Virus genome (UHGV): UHGV-1485161
Origin: a virus
Length of the DNA stretch: 39,148 bases
Reading direction: 5' to 3' (one strand)
Below the pieces are notes generated by a model. The model ran no database searches and was not told where the DNA came from. It saw only the letters and a program-made list of their open reading frames with translations. Shown here piece by piece: positions 24,104-32,110 of the stretch. The number at the start of each line of letters is the position of its first letter. Within the stretch, counting starts at the first letter, position 1. A program made the translations under genes and the position numbers.

Positions 24104-24128
24104 ACAAAAAAACCGCCATAAAGGCGGC
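24104..24128 (-). terminator. intrinsic terminator (tR'-like position upstream of the late/lysis region)
   Basis: Hairpin CCGCC-N5-GGCGG followed by T7 on the minus strand; further hairpins at 23990-24090. Confidence 0.5.
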
Positions 24129-24214
24129 TTGTTGGCTGTTGGGTACAAAAAACCCAACTTAACAAAACAATAACTAAAAACCGTCATTTTGCCAAGCTTT
24201 TTCGTTTTTGTGCT

Positions 24215-24232
24215 GTGCGACCGTGGTCGCAC
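24215..24232. repeat. 18-bp palindrome, copy 3 (GTGCGACCGTGGTCGCAC, reverse orientation)
   Basis: Exact 18-mer immediately after the stop of the 24238..24465 gene. Confidence 0.7.
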
Positions 24233-24237
24233 AGCTT

Positions 24238-24465
24238 TTAGAAAGTTGCCTGCTTATATTCATCGGTCAAAGAATATCGACCAGATCCGCTACGCTTTGC
24301 AACCCCAAAACAGATCATCTGTTCGATGATAAATTCAACGGCAGCTTGACTCAAAAAACAGGCTTCGCTTAACTCTTTCAGGGAAATGTGTGGGTATCCA
24401 CGCATAACACATTCCACACTCAGGGCCGCTTCAGTCATATTTCCACGAATTTCATTAATATTCAT
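24238..24465 (-). CDS. hypothetical small protein
   Basis: Track ORF of 75 aa; no family recognised. Confidence 0.4.
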   Translation of the reverse strand: MNINEIRGNMTEAALSVECVMRGYPHISLKELSEACFLSQAAVEFIIEQMICFGVAKRSGSGRYSLTDEYKQATF

Positions 24466-24478
24466 AACGCCTCTCTAA

Positions 24479-24718
24479 TCAATCTTGAAACTGGAAATCA
24501 ACATCAGCCATAAAGCGGTTCAACTCAGCCAGTTTTGGCCCCATAGTCCCAACTAAGCGACCAGCCAGTCGGTCTGTTAGGTTGGTACTGTTGAAACCAT
24601 ATTCCTTTTCGAAACGTTCAACCTTCTGCCACAACTCATACAGTTCGTTAGCTATCTCCGCAACGTCGCCGCGCATTTTTTCGTTACCTTGATAATTCAT
24701 AATATCCTCCAAATTCAT
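24479..24718 (-). CDS. hypothetical small protein
   Basis: Track ORF of 79 aa; divergent promoter region shared with the toxin-antitoxin operon. Confidence 0.4.
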   Translation of the reverse strand: MNLEDIMNYQGNEKMRGDVAEIANELYELWQKVERFEKEYGFNSTNLTDRLAGRLVGTMGPKLAELNRFMADVDFQFQD

Positions 24719-24865
24719 ATAGTTAGTGGGTTATTGCCCCTCAATGACACGAACTGTAACTCTGCCAAACGAACACATCCAGTGTTATTTTTCGCTTTTT
24801 AATGAAATTTTTAATTTGCGTTGTTTTCTTGTTTTGGTGTATTTTATGGATGTGGAGGCTATAAT

Positions 24866-25177
24866 ATGTTTAACGTGATAACCCACCCTGCAGCACTGGA
24901 TGAACTGCTTGAACTACCAGATGATTTGCGAGGTCGCATGGCCAGATTAATTGAGCGACTGGAGAAAGAAGGCAACAAACTGAAGATGCCCCATAGCCGT
25001 GTAATAGGTGGAGGGCTTTTTGAACTACGAGTAGGGGATAAAAACATCGCAAGAACGCTGTACGCCTACGCGACTGGTAACGAAATTTATCTATTGCATG
25101 CATTTGTAAAAAAGACACAGAAAACACCGGTGAAGGCTATCGAAATCGCCAGAACTCGCCTGAAGGAGATGAACTGA
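24866..25177 (+). CDS. type II toxin, RelE/HigB-like (Gp49-like family)
   Basis: ATG with GGAGG 7 nt upstream; MFNVITHPAALDELLELPDDLRGRMARLIERLEKEGNKLKMPHSRVIGGGLFELRVGD... typical of HigB/Gp49-like killers; 1-nt overlap (TGATG) with the next gene. Confidence 0.65.
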   Translation: MFNVITHPAALDELLELPDDLRGRMARLIERLEKEGNKLKMPHSRVIGGGLFELRVGDKNIARTLYAYATGNEIYLLHAFVKKTQKTPVKAIEIARTRLKEMN

Positions 25178-25464
25178 TGAAAGCGAAAGGCATCCCGTTT
25201 AACGAAGTAAAAGAAAAACTCCTCAACACTCCAGAAGCCGTCAAAGGATATGAAGAGGCCGACAAAGAGCTGGAGATGGTCGAAATGTTATACGAAATGA
25301 GGGAAAGAGCAGGTTTAACGAAATCAGCTCTGGCTGAACGAATGGGGTTACGACCGTCAGCCATCAGCCGCCTGGAAAGCAATCCTTTAGGGGCAAGTAT
25401 GAAAACTTTGGCTAAATATGCTCATGCCTGCGGCGCAGCCATCGATATTCGCGCTGTTTATTAA
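25177..25464 (+). CDS. HTH XRE-family antitoxin (HigA-like)
   Basis: Track ORF of 95 aa with HTH ...LTKSALAERMGLRPSAISRLESNP..., translationally coupled to the toxin. Confidence 0.65.
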   Translation: MKAKGIPFNEVKEKLLNTPEAVKGYEEADKELEMVEMLYEMRERAGLTKSALAERMGLRPSAISRLESNPLGASMKTLAKYAHACGAAIDIRAVY

Positions 25465-25506
25465 TTAGACTCTTTTACTACCCCGTCCAGAAGGGCGGGG
25501 TGTGCA

Positions 25507-25710
25507 TCAATGATGTGAACGCTCAACAGCGATAGTTTTCTGACAATGCTGGGCAATCTCTCGCGACATGTTGATGAGTCGTGAAACCTCACCAATATGT
25601 AGGCTGGCTTCTGGAGAAGCCAGGGTGACGCTAACCAGATCCAGAATGGCGTCAATATCTCTTAAATTTGAATCGAGTTGTTCAAGAGTTGATACGGCTG
25701 CTTCAGACAT
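25507..25710 (-). CDS. hypothetical small protein
   Basis: Track ORF of 67 aa. Confidence 0.35.
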   Translation of the reverse strand: MSEAAVSTLEQLDSNLRDIDAILDLVSVTLASPEASLHIGEVSRLINMSREIAQHCQKTIAVERSHH

Positions 25711-25792
25711 TAAATCTCATACCATTTAACTAAAAAAGGTTGTTTGTACTGTATAAAATTACAGGGTAAAACTCAAACTTTACGGTCAATTT

Positions 25793-26035
25793 TCAATGAA
25801 TTAACTGCGTAAACTGCTGTGTGGCCCGATACTTATGCTCTCTCCCTATGCCACGATCAACTTTCTCAAGAAGTCCAGTACGGACAGCAGAATCAAGCAT
25901 CCTTTTAACAATTCTGCTATTTAACCCAACATCAAAAGCAAGCATCGAAGCGAAAACAAACCCATCACCACCATCAGAAAAGCTCTTTTCGCTCCGTTTT
26001 CGTATCATTTCAAAAAGCAATGCCTTTTTATCCAT
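25793..26035 (-). CDS. hypothetical small protein
   Basis: Track ORF of 80 aa with GGAGGG 7 nt before the ATG, directly downstream of a CGTGACCAGTCACG palindrome. Confidence 0.45.
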   Translation of the reverse strand: MDKKALLFEMIRKRSEKSFSDGGDGFVFASMLAFDVGLNSRIVKRMLDSAVRTGLLEKVDRGIGREHKYRATQQFTQLIH

Positions 26036-26044
26036 TTATCCCTC

Positions 26045-26058
26045 CGTGACCAGTCACG
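26045..26058. repeat. 14-bp palindrome CGTGACCAGTCACG, copy 1
   Basis: Overlaps the stop of the 26054..26380 gene and precedes the RBS of the next gene. Confidence 0.6.
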
Positions 26059-26380
26059 CTTTGAGCGCAAGTTTCAGCCTCGTGGTTGTAAGGTGGCATG
26101 ACCCTTCGCCATCAAAAATGCATTCTGAAACAGGCATTTTTTGACCACATCGCGGGCAAGTAGTAGATAGCTGCTTCTGCAGCTCCTTATAGTTTTTCCT
26201 GATCAGCAAACCAATGACTTCGTTCTCCGAATATGGAACTCGCCCTGGTCTACGCAATACACAAATTTCCCCCAACATACGTAACTCGTCAGGTTCTAGA
26301 ATCCAGTCCCGTCTTGATGTGCCTTCCTTCTTCAACCGTTCCCTGCGTCTCCTTTGCCGTTCTGCCGGTGTCAGCGCCAT
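26054..26380 (-). CDS. hypothetical protein with C-terminal zinc-ribbon-like CPRCG...C motif
   Basis: Track ORF of 108 aa. Confidence 0.45.
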   Translation of the reverse strand: MALTPAERQRRRRERLKKEGTSRRDWILEPDELRMLGEICVLRRPGRVPYSENEVIGLLIRKNYKELQKQLSTTCPRCGQKMPVSECIFDGEGSCHLTTTRLKLALKA

Positions 26381-26395
26381 AAATCCTCCTGAAAA

Positions 26396-26848
26396 TTACT
26401 TAACCCAATTAACTACACCGCCAGCGGCCACAACCGCCCTTTCACAGTCACGCTCATATCTCAAAGGTTGAAATACACCATCAATAAAATATTTATCTCC
26501 ACCAAACGCTGCAGGAAGTGAAACAGAAAACTGAACATGACCATCCGGAGTTACCGGAGAGTTGCCAGCCTCATACGCCACACGCATCCAGTGCAGAAGC
26601 ATTTCAGTGCTCACACAGCCGCAATCAACATCAATTTTGCCGTGCTGCTGTTCCAGCCATTGCTCAAAAGTTAACTTGTAAGTTTGGCTTACAGGTTCTG
26701 CACTATCAGCTTCGCGCCGCTTCTGTAGCTCTGCTGCCATCGCTCTCACGACTTCAACTGGTGCCCTTGCAGCAAACTCTATGTTGGTGATCAGCTCATT
26801 AAGATATTGCTCGCCTGGATACTGTTTCTTATCGGTTATAGTGGTCAT
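26396..26848 (-). CDS. hypothetical protein
   Basis: Start MTTITDKKQYPGEQY overlapping the upstream stop (ATGA), inside track ORF 26396..26890. Confidence 0.5.
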   Translation of the reverse strand: MTTITDKKQYPGEQYLNELITNIEFAARAPVEVVRAMAAELQKRREADSAEPVSQTYKLTFEQWLEQQHGKIDVDCGCVSTEMLLHWMRVAYEAGNSPVTPDGHVQFSVSLPAAFGGDKYFIDGVFQPLRYERDCERAVVAAGGVVNWVK

Positions 26849-26849
26849 A

Positions 26850-27227
26850 TCACTCTCCTTTTCCCTGAAGCATAGCGGCACGGCAGGCATTCCACCCCTT
26901 CACATAACCGAACGCCATCAACTGATCACTCATGGCGGGCAGCATTGTGTGGGTCGTACTGATTTCTTCCGGCACTACCGGCGCTGGCGGGGCGATGCGT
27001 CCAAGCAACTTATTTACCTCTTTCGCCATCGCGTCATATTTATCTAAATGGCGATTAGCTTCTAAGCAGACTCGGCGCATCTGATCTGAGTTAACTCGTT
27101 TAACTGGATCTGCTTCCAGCGATGCCAGAGCAATTCGTGCCAGTTCCATTTGTTCGCCACGAGTAAGTCCGTTATCAAGCGGATTTTTAATGAACAATTC
27201 AATACGTTCTTTGGTAATAGTGGTCAT
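26850..27227 (-). CDS. DUF551-like protein (ead/Ea22-region family), paralogue 1
   Basis: Track ORF of 125 aa; N-terminus MTTITKERIELFIKNPLDNGLTRGEQMELARIALASLEA and C-terminus GWNACRAAMLQGKGE shared with 27502..27912. Confidence 0.55.
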   Translation of the reverse strand: MTTITKERIELFIKNPLDNGLTRGEQMELARIALASLEADPVKRVNSDQMRRVCLEANRHLDKYDAMAKEVNKLLGRIAPPAPVVPEEISTTHTMLPAMSDQLMAFGYVKGWNACRAAMLQGKGE

Positions 27228-27237
27228 GTGTTACTCC

Positions 27238-27501
27238 TTAACCCGCAGTGCTTTCAACTGATGAGGGGAACAAAATCTTTTCATCAAACCCTGCATTCAT
27301 ATCATGGACAGCAACACACCAATCCATTGACGAACGATTATCAAGAGCCTCCATGATTTCATCCATGCGGCGCAGGTCATACAGGTAAATGCTTTTATCG
27401 CCAATGGTGTAAAAACCAATTTTTTTCGGTGATGGGCAGCGATCAAGAACGTCCTGTAATTCGTTCAACCATGCCCGTTCTTTTTTGTTAAAGTTGCCAT
27501 A
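27238..27501 (-). CDS. hypothetical small protein, start probably displaced by a homopolymer indel
   Basis: Track ORF 27238..27468 begins on TTG; an ATG with ATGA overlap (MATLTKK...) lies upstream in another frame across an A6 run. Confidence 0.35.
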   Translation of the reverse strand, partial: YGNFNKKERAWLNELQDVLDRCPSPKKIGFYTIGDKSIYLYDLRRMDEIMEALDNRSSMDWCVAVHDMNAGFDEKILFPSSVESTAG

Positions 27502-27912
27502 TCACTCTCCTTTCCCATGAAGCATAGCGGCGCGGCAGGCGTTCCAGCCTGTAGCGTATGCAGCCGCTTTGCTGCTGCCTTCAACTGGCGCATCCTGCCA
27601 ATACATTTCATCCGGCACTACCGGCGCTGGCAAGGCAGCGTGATAGTAGAGTGGCATAGTTTTGTACAGTGGTTCGCCAGGACTTCCGTCAACCTGATTC
27701 CATTCTTCAACCCAGGCATCAACAACCGCTTTGCTGGTTGATACATGTTCTTCTGAATCTACATTTTGTCCTGATATACAGAACATAACTGCCTCTGCTT
27801 CCAGCGATGCCAGAGCAATTCGTGCCAGTTCCATTTGTTCGCCACGAGTAAGTCCGTTATCAAGCGGATTTTTAATGAATAATTTGATACGTTCTTTGGT
27901 TATAGCGTTCAT
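27502..27912 (-). CDS. DUF551-like protein, paralogue 2
   Basis: Start MNAITKERIKLFIKNPLDNGLTRGEQMELARIALASLEA with AGGAG RBS; C-terminus ...GWNACRAAMLHGKGE. Confidence 0.55.
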   Translation of the reverse strand: MNAITKERIKLFIKNPLDNGLTRGEQMELARIALASLEAEAVMFCISGQNVDSEEHVSTSKAVVDAWVEEWNQVDGSPGEPLYKTMPLYYHAALPAPVVPDEMYWQDAPVEGSSKAAAYATGWNACRAAMLHGKGE

Positions 27913-27913
27913 C

Positions 27914-28603
27914 TCACTCTCCTTTGATGCCAATGTTTACAGACTGGCAAGCCTCTTTGAGCACCCAGTCAACAGCGTCTTTCCATGCTCCGGTTTCGAC
28001 TGGCGGATTCTCACGCTTAACTTGTTCATAGAAACGCACGGCTTTAACCAGTCCTTCTGATGTCACCGGGACTGGCGGGGCAGTGAATAAGGCCTGAATC
28101 TCATAGCTCGGCCTGTCGTTGCAATCCTCTTTTGTCGGTACATATTTCCAGTCACCAACCCACGGCTCCCCCTGAGAGTCCGTAACGCCTTTTTTCACGT
28201 AGCGATATCGCCACGCTACAGGCTCCGCCGCCAGCGCCGCGCGATTGCTCTCCAGCTCTGCAATGCGCTGTTTTGCGGTATCAAGTTCAATCGATAATTT
28301 TTCCAACTGCTCTTTATGCTTCTTGTATTCCTGATATGCGTGCCAGGACTGACCTTTGCGCACACTATCAGTAATATCAGTAATCTGTTCTGGTGTTAGC
28401 GTGGTCAGTGGCTGTGCTGGGAAAATCAGCACTTTCCCGGAATCCCAATCAAAACCAGCGTGAATTGACTGAACCTCAACTGAGGGTGTTGAACCAATGC
28501 TGCCAGGCGAATGAATAACGATTGTTACATCCATATCGCGACGATGGCTGTGGTTGTTGGACAAAATACGATTCACCAACTCAGAAAATTTGGAAAATTT
28601 CAT
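27914..28603 (-). CDS. coiled-coil protein with DUF551-like C-terminus, paralogue 3
   Basis: Track ORF of 229 aa; central coiled coil (EQLEKLSIELDTAKQRIAELESNRAALAA) and a C-terminal region resembling the two paralogues above. Confidence 0.5.
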   Translation of the reverse strand: MKFSKFSELVNRILSNNHSHRRDMDVTIVIHSPGSIGSTPSVEVQSIHAGFDWDSGKVLIFPAQPLTTLTPEQITDITDSVRKGQSWHAYQEYKKHKEQLEKLSIELDTAKQRIAELESNRAALAAEPVAWRYRYVKKGVTDSQGEPWVGDWKYVPTKEDCNDRPSYEIQALFTAPPVPVTSEGLVKAVRFYEQVKRENPPVETGAWKDAVDWVLKEACQSVNIGIKGE

Positions 28604-28890
28604 GCTGATTCCCCTTTCTCTGCTCTCTCCTGTCGGAACATCACTATCATCAGGTCGCCTTTTGTCGCTATCTTGGCTGTTGTGCCTGGCTCAATGCGGC
28701 TAAGTTCAAATGCGTCATAGAACGCCTCTAACACTTTCTGGCGTCTTTCCTGTTTGCGGTGCTTTCCCCACTGCTTTAGAAAAACAGAGGCCGCCCACTT
28801 CCCCGCACTGAACATGATGTAAAACCAACCGAGAAGTGCCAGACCGATATTTAGGGCCGTATCGATCGTTATCGTGGTGTCGATATTCAC
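28600..28890 (-). CDS. small membrane protein
   Basis: Track ORF of 96 aa with one strong hydrophobic helix (LNIGLALLGWFYIMF). Confidence 0.45.
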   Translation of the reverse strand: MNIDTTITIDTALNIGLALLGWFYIMFSAGKWAASVFLKQWGKHRKQERRQKVLEAFYDAFELSRIEPGTTAKIATKGDLMIVMFRQERAEKGESA

Positions 28891-29310
28891 TACGCCACCT
28901 CCTGTAAATTTCCCTGATAAAAAGCCAGCACACGCTGCATAACTTCACTTTTCCGGCAATCGTGACAAATCATGTTCAAGCGCCTGTCGTAACGACGTAT
29001 TTCTCCGTCAGGTAATGACCAGATAAGGTCTGGATCAACCACTACCGATTTCTTCGGCTTTACTCTTGATAGTTTTTTTACGGGCGTTTTGCCAGTCCTT
29101 GCGTGCTTGTGCAGACAGAAATATCCCGGAGCCAGAGATATACAAATCACCACTGGCAGCAAGCTCTCTTGATAAACGACTAACAGCACACCGGCTAATA
29201 CCAGTTTCATCCGCAAGTTGCCTAACCGTTCCTCGTCCATTCAGGCGCACGAGTTCCACAATTTGTTTATTCAGTTCTTCCCTCTGTTCTGGTGTAAAAG
29301 CCTTTGCCAT
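28890..29310 (-). CDS. HTH DNA-binding protein, possibly with a C-terminal Zn-ribbon extension split by a frameshift
   Basis: Track ORF 29035..29310 (MAKAFTPEQREELNKQIVELVRLNGRGTVRQLADETGISRCAVSRL..., HTH). Removing one A from the A7 run near 29074-29080 continues it into ...VVVDPDLIWSLPDGEIRRYDRRLNMICHDCRKSEV... (track ORF 28890..29240). Confidence 0.45.
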
Positions 29311-29909
29311 TACGATTCTCCTTGCCCTTTTACAAGACGGGAGAAAATTGCGGATACATATTTAGCCTGATGAATAGCATCAGCCAAGGCATTGTGTCGT
29401 TGGCCATCAAATGGCATATCTTTTTTAGGATTAAAACCAATAAACTGACCAAGATTAACGATTGTTCGAACATCCTGATCATTAAAATATTCCCACGGAC
29501 AGGCTAAGCCAACGCGCTCATAAGCACCGCGTAAAATTACATTATCGAACGTTGCTCCATTTCCCCATACTTTCAACTTTTTTAAATTACATGCATGGCA
29601 AGTAATAAAGTGTGATAATTCAAAAAGTGCATCATTAATATCAAGGGCATCATTAGTACAAATAGCGGCTCTGGCTTCCTTGCTCTGTTTCAACCACCAT
29701 AAAATGGTATCACCATCGGCGATACCACCATTCAACATCGAGCTTCTGAGATTCACTGGCACATAAAAAGTAGGACCTAATTCCTCACTTTCTGGAGAAA
29801 AAAACACTGCCCCGATAGAAACAATTGGAGCACATGTGTTAGTACCCATTGTTTCAAGGTCAATCATTACATCAGACCGTTTCCTGTCGTAAATAATCTG
29901 ATTAGTCAC
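29310..29909 (-). CDS. DnaQ-like 3'-5' exonuclease (DEDDh family)
   Basis: Track ORF of 199 aa with Exo I motif VMIDLETMG and Exo III motif HNALADAIHQAKYV. Confidence 0.7.
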   Translation of the reverse strand: MTNQIIYDRKRSDVMIDLETMGTNTCAPIVSIGAVFFSPESEELGPTFYVPVNLRSSMLNGGIADGDTILWWLKQSKEARAAICTNDALDINDALFELSHFITCHACNLKKLKVWGNGATFDNVILRGAYERVGLACPWEYFNDQDVRTIVNLGQFIGFNPKKDMPFDGQRHNALADAIHQAKYVSAIFSRLVKGQGES

Positions 29910-29932
29910 GAATAATTCTCCTCAACGTTTAT

Positions 29933-30136
29933 CTATACCCAAATTTTCTGTTGATATGTTCTGGATGGTTTTGGCGTTCTTTCTGATTCAGGTAAATGAA
30001 CATAAACACAATATCCATCACCTAAAAAATCAGAACGAACAACCAGAACTTTCTTACCACGCCGCCGATAAGTATCTGAAAGACGCTCTGCTTCATCATG
30101 CGTCATCGGCCCCTGCTTAAATGGCGTTATTTTCAT
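29933..30136 (-). CDS. hypothetical small protein
   Basis: Internal ATG (MKITPFKQGPMTHDEAERL...) 6 nt downstream of palindrome copy 4; the track ORF start lies inside the palindrome. Confidence 0.4.
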   Translation of the reverse strand: MKITPFKQGPMTHDEAERLSDTYRRRGKKVLVVRSDFLGDGYCVYVHLPESERTPKPSRTYQQKIWV

Positions 30137-30362
30137 TTTCTTGTGCGACCACGGTCGCACCCTCTCTGATTTCCAAGTAACGCTTAATCCAAAGATTTTC
30201 TATATGCTTATTACCTGGCTGATTTGATAAATACCAATCGGCAATTACAGACTGCTTATTACTATCTGGTCGTGTCCTATAACCACAAGTTGGACACCAG
30301 ATAACATATTCATTTCTTACCCCCGAATACCTTAATTCTGGCTTCGACGGTTTCCTGAACAT
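30117..30362 (-). CDS. small zinc-finger-like protein (CPTCGY motif)
   Basis: Internal start MFRKPSKPELRYSGVRNEYVIWCPTCGYRTRPDS... within track ORF 30117..30437. Confidence 0.4.
   Translation of the reverse strand: MFRKPSKPELRYSGVRNEYVIWCPTCGYRTRPDSNKQSVIADWYLSNQPGNKHIENLWIKRYLEIREGATVVAQENENNAI
30143..30160. repeat. 18-bp palindrome GTGCGACCACGGTCGCAC, copy 4
   Basis: Exact 18-mer spanning the 3' end of one gene and the 5' UTR of the next. Confidence 0.7.
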
Positions 30363-30369
30363 AACTTGT

Positions 30370-31080
30370 TTACAAAGGCAGAATGGCACTTCCTGCCCGA
30401 TGGCGTTTGATGATTTCACTGCGCTTCTCCGCCGCATTTAATAATGCAGTTCGATTTAAGCTCAGACATCGCGACTTAATTAAAAGCCAGCGTTCTTTAT
30501 AATCTTGTCTCCAGCTATCAATAGATATATTCAGTAGAAAACTCAGATGCCTGTCCTGTTCTCTCTCATCAACTGCCTCAGCACACGTAAGTTCTGATTT
30601 AACCTGTTGTGCCGCGTAATAAATCAATTTTCGCATAGCTTTTTTCGTGGAGGCCTTCATTTTTTTAAAGCCGCCCCCCGAATGAGCAACCAGAAAATCA
30701 AGCCATAACCACTGACAAACAATCACATCATTGTTGTAATCAGGCTTGCATCCGTAGCAATAATAAAGCCAGGCTGATTCCTCGTTATTCAACTGACCAA
30801 TAGCCCTGCGCCAGCTGGCGCTCTGAAAATCAATATCAGTGAGCAACATTGATGATTGTTTAAATGTTTTCCCCTGATGGAATCTAACCGGCTCAGCAGA
30901 AACGGACACTTCGTATGAGTTATCATCCCCCACACTGATTGACCGGACTGGTTTATTGTTAAACCGTCCTGATCTACCGAGACGCATCTGCTCAAGCTGG
31001 ACCTCCAGAATGCCACGCTGGAGATAATGAACATCAGCCAATGCCGTAGAGACGCAGCTGCGTATATACTCAAGCTCCAC
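30370..31080 (-). CDS. early regulator directly downstream of cro; possible Q-like antiterminator or CII-position protein
   Basis: Track ORF of 236 aa with a Cys-rich segment (YYCYGCKPDYNNDVIVCQW); function inferred only from position. Confidence 0.4.
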   Translation of the reverse strand: MELEYIRSCVSTALADVHYLQRGILEVQLEQMRLGRSGRFNNKPVRSISVGDDNSYEVSVSAEPVRFHQGKTFKQSSMLLTDIDFQSASWRRAIGQLNNEESAWLYYCYGCKPDYNNDVIVCQWLWLDFLVAHSGGGFKKMKASTKKAMRKLIYYAAQQVKSELTCAEAVDEREQDRHLSFLLNISIDSWRQDYKERWLLIKSRCLSLNRTALLNAAEKRSEIIKRHRAGSAILPL

Positions 31081-31291
31081 GCTTACGACTCTCCTTAATC
31101 GACTGCTTTACCCGCCGAGTTGTAAAGTCACTCTTCAGCTTATAAGCAGTACGAACTTCAATATCGCTTTGCCGCAATGAAGGAATCTCTCCAGCGGTTA
31201 ACCATTGGTAAACAGCTCCGGGTGTTACACCTACCCCTGCCGCTGCTTTTTCTACACTGCCAAAATGGCGAATAAGTTCTTCTGGTTTCAT
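31070..31291 (-). CDS. Cro/YdaS-like HTH regulator
   Basis: MKPEELIRHFGSVEKAAAGVGVTPGAVYQWLTAGEIPSLRQSDIE..., divergent from the repressor gene across the operator region. Confidence 0.65.
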   Translation of the reverse strand: MKPEELIRHFGSVEKAAAGVGVTPGAVYQWLTAGEIPSLRQSDIEVRTAYKLKSDFTTRRVKQSIKESRKRGA

Positions 31292-31318
31292 GTTGTTATT
31301 ATAAACAATAAACAACAA

Positions 31319-31360
31319 TTAAAGCCAGCTATAATAAATAAATTTTATAGCCAGCTATAA
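31319..31360. promoter_or_regulatory. immunity-region operators: two 16-bp palindromes TTA(A/T)AGCCAGCTATAA, 26 bp centre to centre, between cro-like and cI-like genes
   Basis: Sites at 31319-31334 and 31345-31360 with 7-bp inverted arms TTATAGC/GCTATAA, in the 91-bp divergent intergenic region. Confidence 0.55.
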
Positions 31361-31382
31361 GAAGATCATTTATGATTAAGCT

Positions 31383-31979
31383 ATGAAAACACGAGGCGAA
31401 CGACTGAAAGCACGCCGTTTAGAGATGAAGCTGACGTTGCGAGAAGTTGCTGAGGCTGTCGATATCTCTATAGCAGGCGTCCAAAACTTAGAACGTGGCG
31501 ACGTAATGCCGTCACTGGAGATAGGTATTGCCCTGGCTAAGTGCTTACGCAAGCCAGTGCATTGGGTGCTATATGGGACAGAATATGACCCTGATCGCAT
31601 TCCTGTTATTGGCACAACTGAAAGTGGGCCGGATGAAGAGTGGAAGCCGGGACAGGTTCCAAATACTGAGCGATTCCTGCCATTCATCAGCCAGCGCAAT
31701 ACTGTGTATGCGTTAACTATCAGCAATCTTACGCAGGGAAACTATCAGCCAGGCGATTTTCTCCTGGTCGATTCTGCGCTGGAACTGGTCCCCGGCGAGG
31801 ATGTTCTGGTTCGTGATACTGCAGGAAATATCACTATCCAGCGCCTGGCCCGTTTTGATGATGAAAATTACTATCTGGATGGAACAAACTCACAACGCGC
31901 CATCTTCAGGAAAAGCGATCTTGAATTTGTTCACCAAATAGTCGGAACGATCAAATCATTCATGGTTGAGGGTAGATGA
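31383..31979 (+). CDS. CI-like repressor (N-terminal XRE HTH plus C-terminal S24/LexA-like domain)
   Basis: Track ORF of 198 aa; HTH LKARRLEMKLTLREVAEAVDISIAGVQNLERGD; C-terminal domain ...GDFLLVDSALELVPGEDVLVRD...; I could not find a clear GxSM nucleophile motif. Confidence 0.8.
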   Translation: MKTRGERLKARRLEMKLTLREVAEAVDISIAGVQNLERGDVMPSLEIGIALAKCLRKPVHWVLYGTEYDPDRIPVIGTTESGPDEEWKPGQVPNTERFLPFISQRNTVYALTISNLTQGNYQPGDFLLVDSALELVPGEDVLVRDTAGNITIQRLARFDDENYYLDGTNSQRAIFRKSDLEFVHQIVGTIKSFMVEGR

Positions 31980-32080
31980 CTTAATATGGGGTTTATTGTT
32001 TACTGTAAATCTGGTTTAATGCAGGGCATATGTTCTGTGGGTTGACTCAGGTTACAGCAGCAGAAAAAAGACGAAAAAAA

Positions 32081-32110
32081 ACCCGAGTCGGCAAACTCGG
32101 GTCCTTTTCA
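32081..32110 (+). terminator. putative intrinsic terminator downstream of the repressor gene
   Basis: Hairpin ACCCGAG-N7-CTCGGGT flanked by A8 upstream and a short T run downstream (potentially bidirectional). Confidence 0.4.

Noticed and set aside
23990-24240. Possible tRNA gene or lambda-like 6S/qut RNA in the region between the methyltransferase and palindrome copy 3
   Set aside because: Hairpins and a terminator are present but no tRNA-like acceptor or T-arm pattern and no recognisable -35/-10 plus qut arrangement; kept only as a terminator feature.
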